Of a stretch of 64,000 nucleotides of DNA, positions 63,817 through 64,000 are shown piece after piece (the first letter of the stretch is position 1; every line of letters begins with the position of its first letter). A program made the position numbers and the translations under genes. The notes beneath the pieces were generated by a model. It had not been told where the DNA came from and made no database searches. It saw only the letters and a list, made by a program, of their open reading frames with translations. Origin of the DNA: an uncultured Desulfobacterales bacterium (GTDB lineage Bacteria; Desulfobacterota; DSM-4660; Desulfatiglandales; HGW-15); contig CAZYJR010000006.1 of the NCBI GenBank assembly GCA_964647905.1, positions 70,935 through 134,934 on the forward strand, read 5' to 3'.

Positions 63817-64000
63817 ATCGGGATATGCTAACAAGGGAGGAGGCTGCACAAGTCGCCGTCCCCGCTGCTTCCTCCTCGAGGGCTTAATGAGGACCACCGA
63901 ATGAGCACCTGGACGGGCCCACTGCCCGAGACGTCTTCATGCTCGCCCGCAGTCTCGGTATAGATCCCGAGGCCGATACCGGTTTCGAAATCATTCCTAA

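Larger units (their letters stand above)
39924..64000. mobile_element. putative genomic (defence) island downstream of tRNA-Lys/tRNA-Glu; right end not defined within the window
   Basis: Abrupt change from dense housekeeping genes to patchy, visibly lower-GC DNA. It carries a TA system, an R-M-like operon, a tyrosine integrase remnant, a serine recombinase, phage-like HTH genes and many pseudogenes. I could not find att direct repeats by eye. Confidence 0.5.

Noticed and set aside
1-64000. CRISPR arrays, rRNA genes, complete IS elements
   Set aside because: I found no regularly spaced 25-40 bp repeats with unique spacers, no rRNA-like sequence, and no transposase ORF with terminal inverted repeats when reading both strands.

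Overview
High-GC bacterial chromosome segment. Gene content (sigma-54 regulators, type IV pilus genes, a PEP-CTERM protein, a Sec-containing HesB-like protein, a SAM-I riboswitch) suggests an anaerobic Desulfobacterota-like lineage, but that is a guess. All calls come from reading the ORF translations and the DNA by eye; no searches were run.

The window has two parts.

(1) Bases 1-39640 are a core region of housekeeping genes: hemW fragment, hbd, rlmH, thrC, kdsD, tkt, ttcA, yggS, rdgB, pgi, manC, argJ, secA, M23 peptidase, uvrC, hisD. It also holds two two-component/sigma-54 regulatory modules flanking a minor-pilin/PilY1 operon, a gcvH-lplA-radical SAM lipoylation cluster, and a small HesB/IscA-like gene interrupted by an in-frame TGA (likely selenocysteine).

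(2) After tRNA-Lys(UUU) and tRNA-Glu(UUC) at 39.66-39.92 kb, the sequence becomes patchy and visibly lower in GC. It looks like an accessory or defence island.
- It starts with a promoter, a SAM-I riboswitch and a terminator in front of a very acidic 139-aa protein.
- Next come hicAB and a start-less SLOG/YpsA-like gene.
- Next is a tightly coupled four-gene operon (42997-52693): DUF499/BrxC-like P-loop ATPase, small basic protein, DUF1156-type DPPY DNA methyltransferase, and a PLD-nuclease/SNF2-helicase fusion. A DUF45 HExxH metallopeptidase follows.
- Then comes a run of decayed genes: tyrosine integrase with an in-frame stop, frameshifted HNH, TPR, receiver, Zn-finger and XRE remnants.
- The window ends with IHF, a PEP-CTERM protein, a SAM methyltransferase, phage-like HTH genes, a serine recombinase, a NucS-like PD-(D/E)xK nuclease and four tandem 25-bp iterons.

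The four-gene operon is my best candidate for the poorly characterised system. It mixes a BREX-type ATPase with DISARM-type PLD and SNF2 modules, but lacks the defining PglZ/BrxL or DrmA/DrmB genes. No rRNA genes or CRISPR arrays were seen. Many long ORFs in the track are antisense or off-frame shadows typical of high-GC DNA and were not called.
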